From: Owenia fusiformis
Taxonomy: Eukaryota
Length of the DNA: 64,000 nucleotides
Direction: 5' to 3'
Assembly: GCA_903813345.2 (NCBI GenBank)
Contig: CAIIXF020000001.1
Span: forward strand, 10,292,001 to 10,356,000
A program made the position numbers and the translations under genes. The notes under the pieces were generated by a model. It did no database searches. It was not told where the DNA came from and worked only from the letters and a program-made list of their open reading frames with translations. Positions 41,601 to 59,600 of the stretch are shown here, in pieces. How positions within the stretch are numbered: position 1 is the first letter of the stretch; each line of letters starts with the position of its first letter.

Positions 41601-44600
41601 CTAAGTAATTTTCACCATAGTGTATTCATTATTACATCTGAATGTTTTCTAATGCCAAAGTTATGCAACATGTAGACTTTGTCAGGCAAGTTTTAGGGAC
41701 TTTAGCATGTAGGGAAAATTAACATATTTGGTACATTTCGAGTTTGTCGCCAATAAGATTGCTAATGATACCGGTAATTACAACATTTTTTAACTAAATA
41801 TCAGGATAACTGTAATTAAAACTATGTGTACATGTATTAATAATAAAAAAAACTTACTTTTGTCCTCCCTGAGATTGTTTATTTTTCAGATCATTTCGTC
41901 TATAAGCTATCATGGTATAGTTGTTAGACTCAGGTAAATGGCGCCATGAAGGCTAAAAATAGAATGATTGTAGAACTAAATGCAAGATATAACAAATCAT
42001 GAGTCCATTCATGTTTCAGTCAAAATGATTAAATATATGGATTTGAATTCAGTTGGAAAATGTCATTTGTTACAGATGCCGAACTCCAAACATTGCAGAT
42101 TGCCAGACCCAAAACACTGTCCTCAAAAAAACTGGAGACTATAAAAATATGTTACCTTGTGGTGGTGACATAATTATAGTGTTAAACAAAATGTAATTTC
42201 AGTTATATTTAAACACAAGCACCAAGATACCATCAATTGTAAGGTATTCATGAAGAAATCTAGAAGGTAGGCCAAAAAAGCAAATCTTAACATTGTCAAA
42301 TCGTTTTTCAATATGCTTTCTCTCTGATTCGTGTTTTAAATTTCATAACCCATAACAAATGTTTAGGTAAATATGATTTCTCTCAAAATTGATGTTTTTG
42401 CTGCACCATGTACACAGTAACACATCATATATTTTTCTGGGGTAAATGCTTGGCTGATACCCAGGCCATAGCCAGTAGGTAGGGGTTTCAAGGGGTTTGA
42501 GCAAACCCCCCTGGCCAAAAATTCTTTCAAAATCATGGAGTTTTCCACCATTTTGTGCACTTTTCGAGTGATCTGGGCCAATTGTCAAAGTTGAATCCCC
42601 CGTAATTTTTCAAAAAGTGAACCCCTAGTCCCCTACCCTCGGTGTATTTGTCCACCATTCATAAGTTGACACAACCACACTTTTTTGGTGTTTAACTATT
42701 TCATAACTCACCTCATAGACATATGTGTCATCTGGAGTTGTGATAGTTCCCGTCATTGCATCCCCCTCCCAGTAGGCATGCACCTCAGAGTGAAGCTCAC
42801 CTACAATATGATGTCATAAATACACATATTTTGGGAAACAAGAGGAGACAGTTCAACAATTCTGGAAGTCTTCATTATATCTATGTACATGGTAAGACAA
42901 AACTGCCATATGTACAGGAATATCTGTTAAATTGGAGGGCGGACTGAAAATGTTCGCATTGACTGGTGTTCATATGATGAGGTTGATAAGCAAATGAGTT
43001 CTCACATTTTCAGGTATTCACTTTGTGGAGGTATCAAAAAATACAGGTTTAAAAATGAATAAGTGAAACATAAAAGTGTACTTACCAAATACATGACCTT
43101 CATAGAAACCTCCCTCCTGCCATGGTACAAGTTTTTCGTTGTTTTTTCCATCTATTGAGACTACTTTAAAATGGTCATTTAGAAGGCCTCTCCTAGGCTG
43201 GAGATAAAGCTTGAAATGCCTGCAATATACCCATTATCGTTATTCTTAGTACACTGGTCAAGGAGTGAGCAATAAATTTGATTATTGGTCAACAGCATTT
43301 GTAAATTCTGTTCTAAATATGACATCATAATAATATAAAATAATCAGGGAATATCAAATTTCTTTTAATTTTTTTTCTTACATTTCTTATATTTTAGTAT
43401 CAAAATCAGATTGCTCTACAAAGATGTCACACGACACCTGGATGAATCCGTATAAAATATTGCATTTAAGAAAATTGCTAAAAACCAATATCAGTGATCT
43501 CCACTGGATTTTTTCTCAAGATTCTATTTTTACAATTCAGACTAAAATTGGTCAAAATATGGCCATTTTTCATGAATTTTGTCATTTTCAAGTGGGTTCA
43601 AATGGATTTTCAGGTGGATGCAAGACTATTTTCAAAATCTCATGTGGGTGCTGCGCCCACTTGCTTTAATGCTGGGGAGATCACTGTATAATATGAATGT
43701 TGTATAATTATACCTTCCGAGACTGTCAAACTCTACAACTTTATGTGTTGGTGAGCCCTCTACACTACGTTTGGTGATTGTATGTTTCATATGTACATGG
43801 TGAAGCGTCTCATAATAATGAAGTGAATTGTATAGACTGGATGACTCTGAAAATAAATGAACAACATGATTAGATACAGTATACACTATTTGCATACACT
43901 CCCCTTCAGAAGTTTGGCAACTTGAATTTATTAAAAATAGCATTTCAAAGACTTTCAATGTTTGATTTTCAATTTTGTTTACAATACCCATACATGTAGT
44001 TCAGCAATTCATGACATTTTAATTCACCAAAGTAATATTATGATGTAAAGAACATGTAACTTTAAAAACAATTGTTGAAGGTGTTAGGATTTGTAGTCAA
44101 ATGTAATGAATTCATACTCTGAGGTGGAATTAGTTCAGTTGAAACAATTAACCAGAGTGATGAACATTTGTCAAAATAAAATACTATTGATTTGGAAAAA
44201 TATGAACCCATTTCTCCGAACCAGCATAGTAGCTCATTAATGAGGTTTAAGGTAAATATAGAGTGTTACACAAAACTTGGCACCCGATTCAATTTTTTTT
44301 CAACTATAATATAAATGTGTCCTTATTTCACTCGATTAGGTATTGATTGACCAGTTATCTAATATTTGTAATTGAGAAGTTCAACTGAGGTGCATCAAAT
44401 TCTTGCCTGATTGCCAATATAATTGCTATTTGAAAGCAAGCTGGAGAAATGGCACTTTTGAACATATTGAGATGAAGCAAACAACAGAATTTTGATTCAA
44501 TCATTAGAAATTAAGGTGCCAATTCTAGAGAGGGATTTACATTTTTGTAATTATAAATTTTATATTCACTGAGTGAATTCTGGGAACATCAGCATTTTGA

Positions 44601-46339
44601 ATCCCTGTGTTGCATGATATTCTCCAAATGAAGAGAAAGGGGGCAATATGTAGAGGCTTAATGAAACTAGTACTGATATTTCTCTGATGACCATCAATAT
44701 AATGCTGTTGATAATGTTTTGACTGATATTGATGAAATTTCCCCTAAAATATATTTTTAAAACAATGCTAAATCTCTTTTGTCCAATAGACTAAGTAGTT
44801 CCCATGATTATTTCAGATGGTAAAAAGTAAGGCAGAGAAGATTACTATTAAACTCAAAACAAAGGAAATAGACAGAAAAAAGCTAAAACCTTCAATATGC
44901 AGAAATAAACGTAATCCCAGGGATGTACATGTAATATCATTGAATATGAAAAGCAAGTCTCATGTAAAAATGCCTCGCTCAAAGTAAAACTTCCATTCAA
45001 CAAACCAACATTATTTAAAGCCTACAAAATGCGCAAATAAATGTCATCCTAGGTTGGTAATATCGGTGAAGATAAGAATTAAGTTTCATCTACAAATGCG
45101 CCACTCATAGTGAAACTTCCATTCAACAAACCAACATTATCTAAAGCCTACAAAATGCGCAAACTAGAAAACATTAACTCCACAGAGTATCAAATCCCAC
45201 CTAACAAAATATGTCTTGATAAAAAGGGACCATCTTGAAAATTCTTTATTGAACAGACCACCCTTGTCCCTAGGCATCAGCATATGAAACTTGAACCAAA
45301 TTCATGAACTTGTATTTGGATTATCAAAGATTAGATTTTTAACAATAAATGGTGGCCATTTTGTACCCTTTGCATTGTACACTATATAAATAGCGTTTCA
45401 ATCGTTTCAATTGTTTCAATCAATTCAATGGTTTCAATGCTTGCATCATTTCCTAAATCTCAATGCTTAAGTCATTTTGAGCATTTCAATCGATTCGCCT
45501 TTGAAATTAATTTAAAGTTTTGCTGTTTGCGCATGTTTCGCCGTTTCAAGCATTTCAACCATATGAACAATTCATGACGAAATGGGCGAAACAATTGAAA
45601 AAAAAACGAACATGCACGTTTTTCGTTTCAAGCATTTCGCCATGGCTTTTCAACTGTTTCAATCAATACATCTCAAAAAATAAAATTACTGTTTCGCTGC
45701 TTTCGCCGTTTTAAGCATTTCAATCAATTCGCCTAAGGTGTTTTCACATTATCTTTCATTTCAATCATTTCGGCCTTTTCGCCCCCCATTTCAAGCATTT
45801 CGCCTGCCAGTGTACACACCCCTTAAGGAACATGACGTGTGTTTGTGCATGGGCTTTCAACTAGACAATCAAGTAATCCAATCAACCAAAAATTCAATCA
45901 ATCAATCAATCAATCGAACATATATGAATTTGAAATCAAGATAGATAGCTTGGTGAGGTGGTCTAGTTGAAAGCCCATGGTTTGTGGCACAGAGTACTGT
46001 GCTTACTCCCAAATAAAAAATAGTTTTTATCATGTTCTTCTTCACTTTATTTTATATTTTTGAATCCTTCAAAAATCATGTCGAATGGGGAATGGCTGCA
46101 TGTAGGTGATATTAGAGAGAGACGGGGAACCACAACGAGATGATTGGTGGTTGGGAGCACTAATGCTAAACTGAGATGACGAGCACCAGAAGATAACCCT
46201 CGGTATTTTCAGATGACGGCTGCATGATATCGCAGTACACAGGATTGGTGAAGCTCGGAGTAAATGTTTACTCACCATGTATTCCAATAGCTTTTGCTAC
46301 ATCCATAAAGAGAAGTGTGATTACTACAATCCACATCAT
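17681..46339 (-). CDS. ADAM17: ADAM17/TACE disintegrin metalloprotease, 19 coding exons, 743 aa
   Basis: Exons: 46276-46339, 43714-43846, 43086-43219, 42712-42800, 41858-41952, 37784-37857, 37163-37293, 36733-36819, 36378-36470, 35600-35744, 24334-24444, 23890-24014, 23375-23444, 22779-22911, 22332-22576, 19620-19750, 19091-19169, 18257-18399, 17681-17830. All are GT-AG and phase-consistent (2232 nt). Features: signal peptide, cysteine switch FCGYV, furin site [36 protein letters not shown] zinc motif, Met-turn, disintegrin [19 protein letters not shown]-like [29 protein letters not shown]. Confidence 0.96.
18685..19113. repeat. 32-bp minisatellite derived from the ADAM17 exon 17 3' end and its splice donor (~13 good copies; degenerate copies continue to ~18465)
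   Basis: Unit TTACCTATTGTATTGACATCAATGTGCTTAGC reads on the minus strand as GCACATTGATGTCAATACAATAG|GTAAGCTAA. The outermost copy is the real exon/intron junction at 19091/19090. Confidence 0.93.
20251..21753 (+). CDS. GT-B fucosyltransferase-superfamily protein (alpha-1,2/1,6/O-fucosyltransferase-like), single coding exon, nested antisense in ADAM17 intron 15
   Basis: ORF 20224-21753. Likely start is ATG 20251, just after a tttcag acceptor, or 20317 ([17 protein letters not shown] signal/TM). A low-complexity stem precedes CAGWGDR, CAQLRMG (motif I), FITSD (motif II) and [24 protein letters not shown] (motif III). Confidence 0.8.
   Translation: MYCYSTDKIVLSVMFDYALSRTMRAALGILLIYNACITEIHAQTVSTENTAQTGQEAQSVIVEPKSKCDTSAFKHIEGQSGCQSEHNQLQDSKGMRKDTHLTIKDAQMPQKSQTKEQNQSMKNNELKTSVTENCDTTEYCRKEADTKKANTKTFNTNSKGESDKAITQQPEKNTEQKSESVTSVNQEDNDTGVMPKKERFVVYQCHGHCAGWGDRTRSIIIAYLIALLMKRSFILDITDPCSLDGVLVPNKVNWARRLPNGLSIVDVEHYVNTLPSKPFADLISQDKDLNDIFPEDVVTIKSPIAIVEQFARNPRHHKVLASLGYDMSRFTQCRMYAIFYDEIFKLSPKLQHELDIFISKSKIQEGGQLICAQLRMGGPYIKGDMKFNDMEDLTVVWDYIKQCITPDTTVFITSDANEVRQQAKKIFSKRWIDHEGFSSHIGSGERELRCKGQRKTILDFHSLALCDSLIVSTGTYGQLAAYRRQQGFNDFHIFSKKKIH
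25718..26072. repeat. 28-bp minisatellite, ~12 copies (CATATGCTGATGAACATGGATACAACAA)
   Basis: Head-to-tail units that generate the spurious repetitive ORFs 25650-26128. Confidence 0.93.
26152..31563 (-). mobile_element. 5.4-kb foldback DNA transposon, probably an internally deleted Academ element, in ADAM17 intron 10
   Basis: Termini TACTCGGGGTGGAA...TTCCACCCCGAGTA flanked by AAA on both sides (or a TA duplication). Arms of ~1.8-1.9 kb consist of ~250 bp unique sequence plus 4-5 tandem ~365-bp units, inverted between the arms. The core (~28650-29250, minus strand) has decayed coding remnants NQP..K...NVV/RLGDFH...[17 protein letters not shown] and DGCLVPVLT...GKCK...C...CIATCPC. Confidence 0.8.
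37549..37612 (-). repeat. Degenerate tRNA-derived SINE head or tRNA pseudogene fragment
   Basis: Minus strand tgTAGCTTAGTGGtacagcac...gaggtc...tttgacccccacttgggtg: clear A-box, degenerate B-box, no intact cloverleaf. Confidence 0.35.
39291..40778 (+). CDS. Iduronate-2-sulfatase-like formylglycine sulfatase, 495 aa, single coding exon, nested antisense in ADAM17 intron 5
   Basis: Signal peptide; [23 protein letters not shown] (CxPxR), [25 protein letters not shown] and [12 protein letters not shown] motifs. An acceptor (ttttgtag, 39280) just before the ATG and a candidate donor at 38820 suggest a 5'-UTR intron. Confidence 0.93.
   Translation: MLGLVVLSLWLRWAECIQKNILMIIVDDLRPELGCYYTPGSPFHGNMHTPNIDQLASRSVLFQEAYVQYPLCSPSRSSLFTGRRPDTVKVYSNAIYWRETGGNFTSFPQYLKQNGYTVLATGKMLPKSSNVMQDPISWTRPVDVPRNISVIRGTKSRTQTFTDNSAYLRDMGVADKAKEFMNEIASGESKPFFLGVGFYKPHLPWVFPDRYLQYYPEEDIALPSNPYPPENMPDIAWTGHAAIFNKKYKDIVALNISGDQRSSSDLPDEVVRQLKRSYCSSISYIDDLVGDIVKHLEHTKLANDTIIAFMSDHGWHLGEHGRWGKATSFHLNTRTPLMIHIPGVTDKGDVTHGKVEFVDIFPTLLEAAGVEAIPKCPHMSHRIALCHEGHSFLPLLHKPKKRWKENIFWQVKSKKSTMGYSVYDGKYRYTIWTPYTDKRVKIMKKDIIAEELYDHMTDPQETVNVANKEQHRRQVWKLRTTLKDAFNKGIYSEPQ
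40790..40968. repeat. Degenerate pentanucleotide (AGTAC/AGTAA) low-complexity tract just after the sulfatase stop
   Basis: Runs such as agtacagtacagtgtggaaaagtacagtacagc. Confidence 0.6.
41178..41341. mobile_element. pogo/Tigger-like MITE; related copies at ~54900-55065 and ~58360-58494
   Basis: CAGTGAAACCTG ... CAGGTTTTACTG|TA termini with internal aggtgttc repeats. Confidence 0.6.
44986..45163. repeat. Direct repeat of ~51 bp, two copies 127 bp apart
   Basis: aaacttccattcaacaaaccaacattat(t/c)taaagcctacaaaatgcgcaaa occurs at ~44986 and ~45113. Confidence 0.75.
45845..45982. mobile_element. Small palindromic MITE with (ATCA)n core; shorter relative at ~9500-9545
   Basis: catgggctttcaactaga ... 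tctagttgaaagcccatg inverted ends. Confidence 0.6.
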
Positions 46340-46691
46340 CTTTGGTGTCAGTCGATAGTCCATTCTTCTATTATACGATTCCTAAACAAATCAGCATTTT
46401 AGACGACTTGGAATATGAAGTAAATACCACTTTAGTGGCCGTAAAAATAAAATTCCCACTTTCAAAGTTTTTCCTGATTCTACGGAGTGAATAAAATCGA
46501 AAGTAGGTCAAGTCAATTAACGAAATTTGATTGTTTAGCATAAATTATAAAATATTTAAGATACCTAATATTGTAACTTTATATCATTTAATTATAAAAA
46601 ATGTATATAATTGTACTCAAAAGCCAAAAACAGATTTAAATTTGTTTTCAAATTGCATTCACCTCAATCGACATATTATCGTCCAGCAAAC
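46340..46691. promoter_or_regulatory. Putative bidirectional promoter shared by ADAM17 and PRPF6
   Basis: Divergent start codons at 46339 (-) and 46692 (+) are only 352 bp apart; local CpG enrichment at ~46070-46760. Confidence 0.75.
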
Positions 46692-55295
<8,604 letters not shown>

Positions 55296-55710
55296 GTAAG
55301 ATGTTGATCATTTCTAGAGGATTGTGATTTGTAAAGTAGTGGTCTATATTATTGATTGTAGAAAAATAAGACTAGTGTGACTAGTGGTGACATATTGTTA
55401 TAGTCTTCAACTTTATCATGGAAGGTGTTCAGCGGTGAGCTGTTGGTGTTTGACGGTCGGTGTCTGTAACAAATAGCAGGTGGTGATATTTTGCTTGTTT
55501 TTGCCTTGTGTGTCCATTCCAAAACAAAGTTGATTTTCATATGATCTCATGAAGTTTTACAAAATGAAATCATCATTCGCCTGGTTTATCTAAATGAACA
55601 ACATAATGCTATAACCTGATAACAATATAATTTTAAATATTATGGAACTCAGTCTCTCAACTCTGACCCCATATACTCCAAAGGTAGAAATCACAACAGA
55701 CTACACTCTC

Positions 55711-55840
55711 AATAGACTTCAATACAAACCTTAATTTCCTGTAAACTTTGAAGCTTAAAAATGTTGCTGAACTTGCAATAGACTTCAATACAAACCTTAT
55801 TTCCTTTAAATTTTGAAACTTAAAAAATGTTGCTGAATTG
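55711..55840. repeat. ~66-bp tandem duplication
   Basis: aatagacttcaatacaaacctta...aaaatgttgctgaa occurs twice. Confidence 0.75.
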
Positions 55841-56682
55841 CCGAACCAATATAACAGAATGACAAGTGTAAATAAAAGTAATGATTAAGATGGTTTTACA
55901 GTTTTGTCAAATTGCATTGATGGTTGGAAATTGCAGGTTATTTTGGGAATATTTGTGTACTTTAGAATCAGAGATATTATAATAGGCATAGAGTTCCTTC
56001 AAGTATATTTAGAAACAGAAATATATATACTGTACAAAACAGAAATATGTTTTCATTTTCCATTGAATCAACAAAAATATACAGTATTATGTTTTTATAT
56101 GTTACTTTATACAATGATTCAACTTACAATGATAATGAACATCTTTACCAGATGACTTCAATGAATTTATAGACAAGCCAGCTACTTATTTTATTCGAAG
56201 CAAGATGTAATGTAAGGAGAGAATATTTTTTGTCATATCATGTTTTTGATGCTTATTTATTCAAACAAGCCATTGTAATCATCACATTCTAAGGTGTGGT
56301 GTTCTATTTGTATAAGCTGATATGCACACTCAATACATATATATGTAGATATAATTAATGATCATTTATTATAGAATTTTGGATACAACTTTAAGAAAGA
56401 AGTAAGTCCATATGGTTGGTCTATATATAAAGTATATTAGTTGTTCATGTTTATCCCATGATACCATTATTTACTTAGTCATGATTACTGAATATGATTT
56501 TGTTAAAACAGTCATGAATATCATGGGATAAAAAGCTTATTTACTGGTCAGGATTGAATATAAGTTTTGTTCCTCTGGACAATATGATATTTTCCACTCT
56601 CCCTCCTTTGAGAAATATTATATTGCCCCGAAGAATAAAACCCATACGCAATCCCTCCTAGTAAATAACCTTAGTGTATAAC

Positions 56683-59600
56683 TTAATCAGGGTAGTATCC
56701 CATATTGTCAGCCCCAGCATATCTTTGTGACAATTCTGTAAGTTTCCTTGGTGATACAACAAAGTCTTTGACATAAGCTGCATTGGCTACTTCCTGTCGA
56801 TGAATTTTTAGAGCTGGACCCCAGTCAGGAGTTGGGTTTGTAATAGTTTCTAGACTCTGGAATATATTTTTAGCTTGTATACTCTGAAATATTTTTCATT
56901 TATTTTATTATGTTATACCATGCTTTTTCAACCCCTTGTTACTTGCACTTTCATGAGAGAAATGTTGTGGCCTTCATCATTTAAGTAACTGGTGTTTGGC
57001 ATCTGTAACATTTGTTACACTTTTGTAACAATTTGTAAAAACTTCAAGTAATGTCCCGATTAAATCAACATGGCAACGGAAGGTCAGTGGCAAATATATG
57101 TGTGATTTTGTATGGCCCATTAAAGGGTTAAGGAGAGAAGAAATGTAGCAATGAAGCTCTTACCTTTAGCAAAGACTTTCCCTTGAGACACTCCTTGACA
57201 AATTGGTAAATAGCTACTAATGGAATAAATACAACTGAAATCATAGCTATGACCCATCCAATTCCAACCACCCAATCAGGATATTGTTCATTGCCGACTA
57301 CACGGTCTGTTTTGTCAATCGCCTCAGAAATGAATGCAAACTAAAAAGAATGTAACCTTATGATTATGCTATGTTTTGTGAAGAAATACAAAAAAGATAA
57401 GTCCAAAAAAGAATCAGTTCAGGAGTGTCCTCATTTATCACTGATAATTTGAAGCAGATCCTTAATTACTGAAAACAATGTCTTTTGTCTATCCCTGCCA
57501 CCTGTCAAACTTGTTATACTGTCCAGAAAATATCCCAAAGTATGAAACAATGTCTAATACTCTCCCCCTCCCACATCATTCAAGAAGCACGATCCCAATC
57601 AAAGACCATTAAAGTTAGGAATAAATATAAAGAGCTTTTGCCTTACCAGTATAACACAAGGTGTAACCACCCACCAGCAGATCATGAAGAGAGGTGCCGC
57701 AAAACAGTGCCCCACCATCACATAGATATCTTCTGCAAATCTACTAGCACCTAAAACAGGCATTTGACAAGGAGTGTAAATTAATTCTCATTTCTAATAG
57801 CTTGAAATAGAATTATTCAACATGAAAATATAATTTATTTTGAAATTGCTAGCCTATATTGCCTAATCCGTTAGGCAGCATCTTATGTATATTGTATTCA
57901 TATGCAGTTAAAATAAATATAATGAAATGAAATGAAAAATATGAAGCACCTAAAACAGAATGTTATCCCGTGGGGTCACATTTCTTATGAGACAATAATT
58001 TCATTGTTGTTAATGTTGAGACATTGAAATAAATGTCCCTTTTAATTTGCTCATAGTTTTGATACAGATTACTTAATCATGATACATGGTATCAACTATT
58101 TATAGGTCAAGTTACCATAGAACCATGCAACTGCGATACTCTCAAAAAATCCACATATCATGAATGCATATGGTACTGCATAGTAGTCCATCAGTCCGAG
58201 TACAGGCCCACCACCCTATAGTAACAAATGAATTAAAAAAAGTAATTAACATTTTTTGTGTATGAGAGACCATTGCAGTATAGGTTAGGCAATCCAAGTC
58301 ATCAACTTTGGTGGTTGCATCGTCTCAACATGGAGTGAAATGCATTGAAACTTGGAAAGTGGAACACCTCTGTTAGTGGAAAACTTTTCAGAATCCCAAG
58401 ACCAACGACTTAATGTTAAATGAAGTAGAAGACCTCCAAAGTGGAACACATTTTAGAAGTACTAAAGGTGTTCTACTTAAACAGGTTTTACTGTATAATG
58501 AAAAAATCACTTTTTATGTCATCAGTTCTGTTATAGTGTCCAACCTTTTTTATGGATGGTGTTTGGTGGCTTGAGTTTGGCAGTTGGCATTTGGCAGTCA
58601 TGTTTAGTGTTTGTAACAAATAACAGGTGGTGACATTTTGCATATTAATGCCTTGTTGAATACTCTTTTGCTGCTCAGTAAAATAAAGTATGCAGCATCG
58701 ATCATTGCTCAAACTTACTGGACACGTCAGTGGTATTCCTGCAGCAAATCCAATGATGCAAACCATCACCACTACATACACCTTATATTTATGAAGCCTT
58801 GGGAACTCATCAACGATTGCAGTGGCTATTCCTTCTATCACCCCAAACTGTAAATAAATTGAACCTTAAATAGATGAACATCTCCGCTCTAGTCAGATTG
58901 AGTGATTAAACAACCTTTGTGCAAGGGTGCATTGACATAACATGGTGACATACATCAGTGGCGTAGCGTCATATACGCATAAAACGCCATAGCGCACTCT
59001 CAAAGTTAAGAGAAAAGTGAATTTTTGATATTGAAATGACCCACGTTTAATATTCTGAAGTATTGGCATAACTTTTTATTAATCCAAATTATTTTTACGT
59101 AGTCGGAATTTCGTATTTTAAAATGCCCCAGAACGCTTCAAATGCAATCTAATTTTTCAAATTTTCTTGGGAGTAAGAACCCCCCCCCTCAAAGCTTGTT
59201 CGCTTCGCTCACTCATGGCGTACACTCATAAAATACCCACGCTACGCCACTGTACACGATGGTATAAAAGTCATTGGTCAATGGTGTGTGTAGGGGTACT
59301 TAAACACATTGGTCTTGTTTTTTATTAGAACTTTTTGTTGGTACTATTTAACCTTTATAGAAGTCACTGTGTGAGCATACTACTGAGATAATAAATACTC
59401 AAAGTAAAGCTTACCACACTGTCGAATCCAAGAGTTATGACCATAATGAAGAATAGTATGTTCCAAACATGAGGGACAGGCAGATAGTCAAAGGCTTGGG
59501 GGTATACAACAAATATCAGTCCAGGGCCTAAAGAAATATATAATGAATATATTATTATAGAAATATATTTGAATAAGAATTAATAATGAAGTTCATATCA

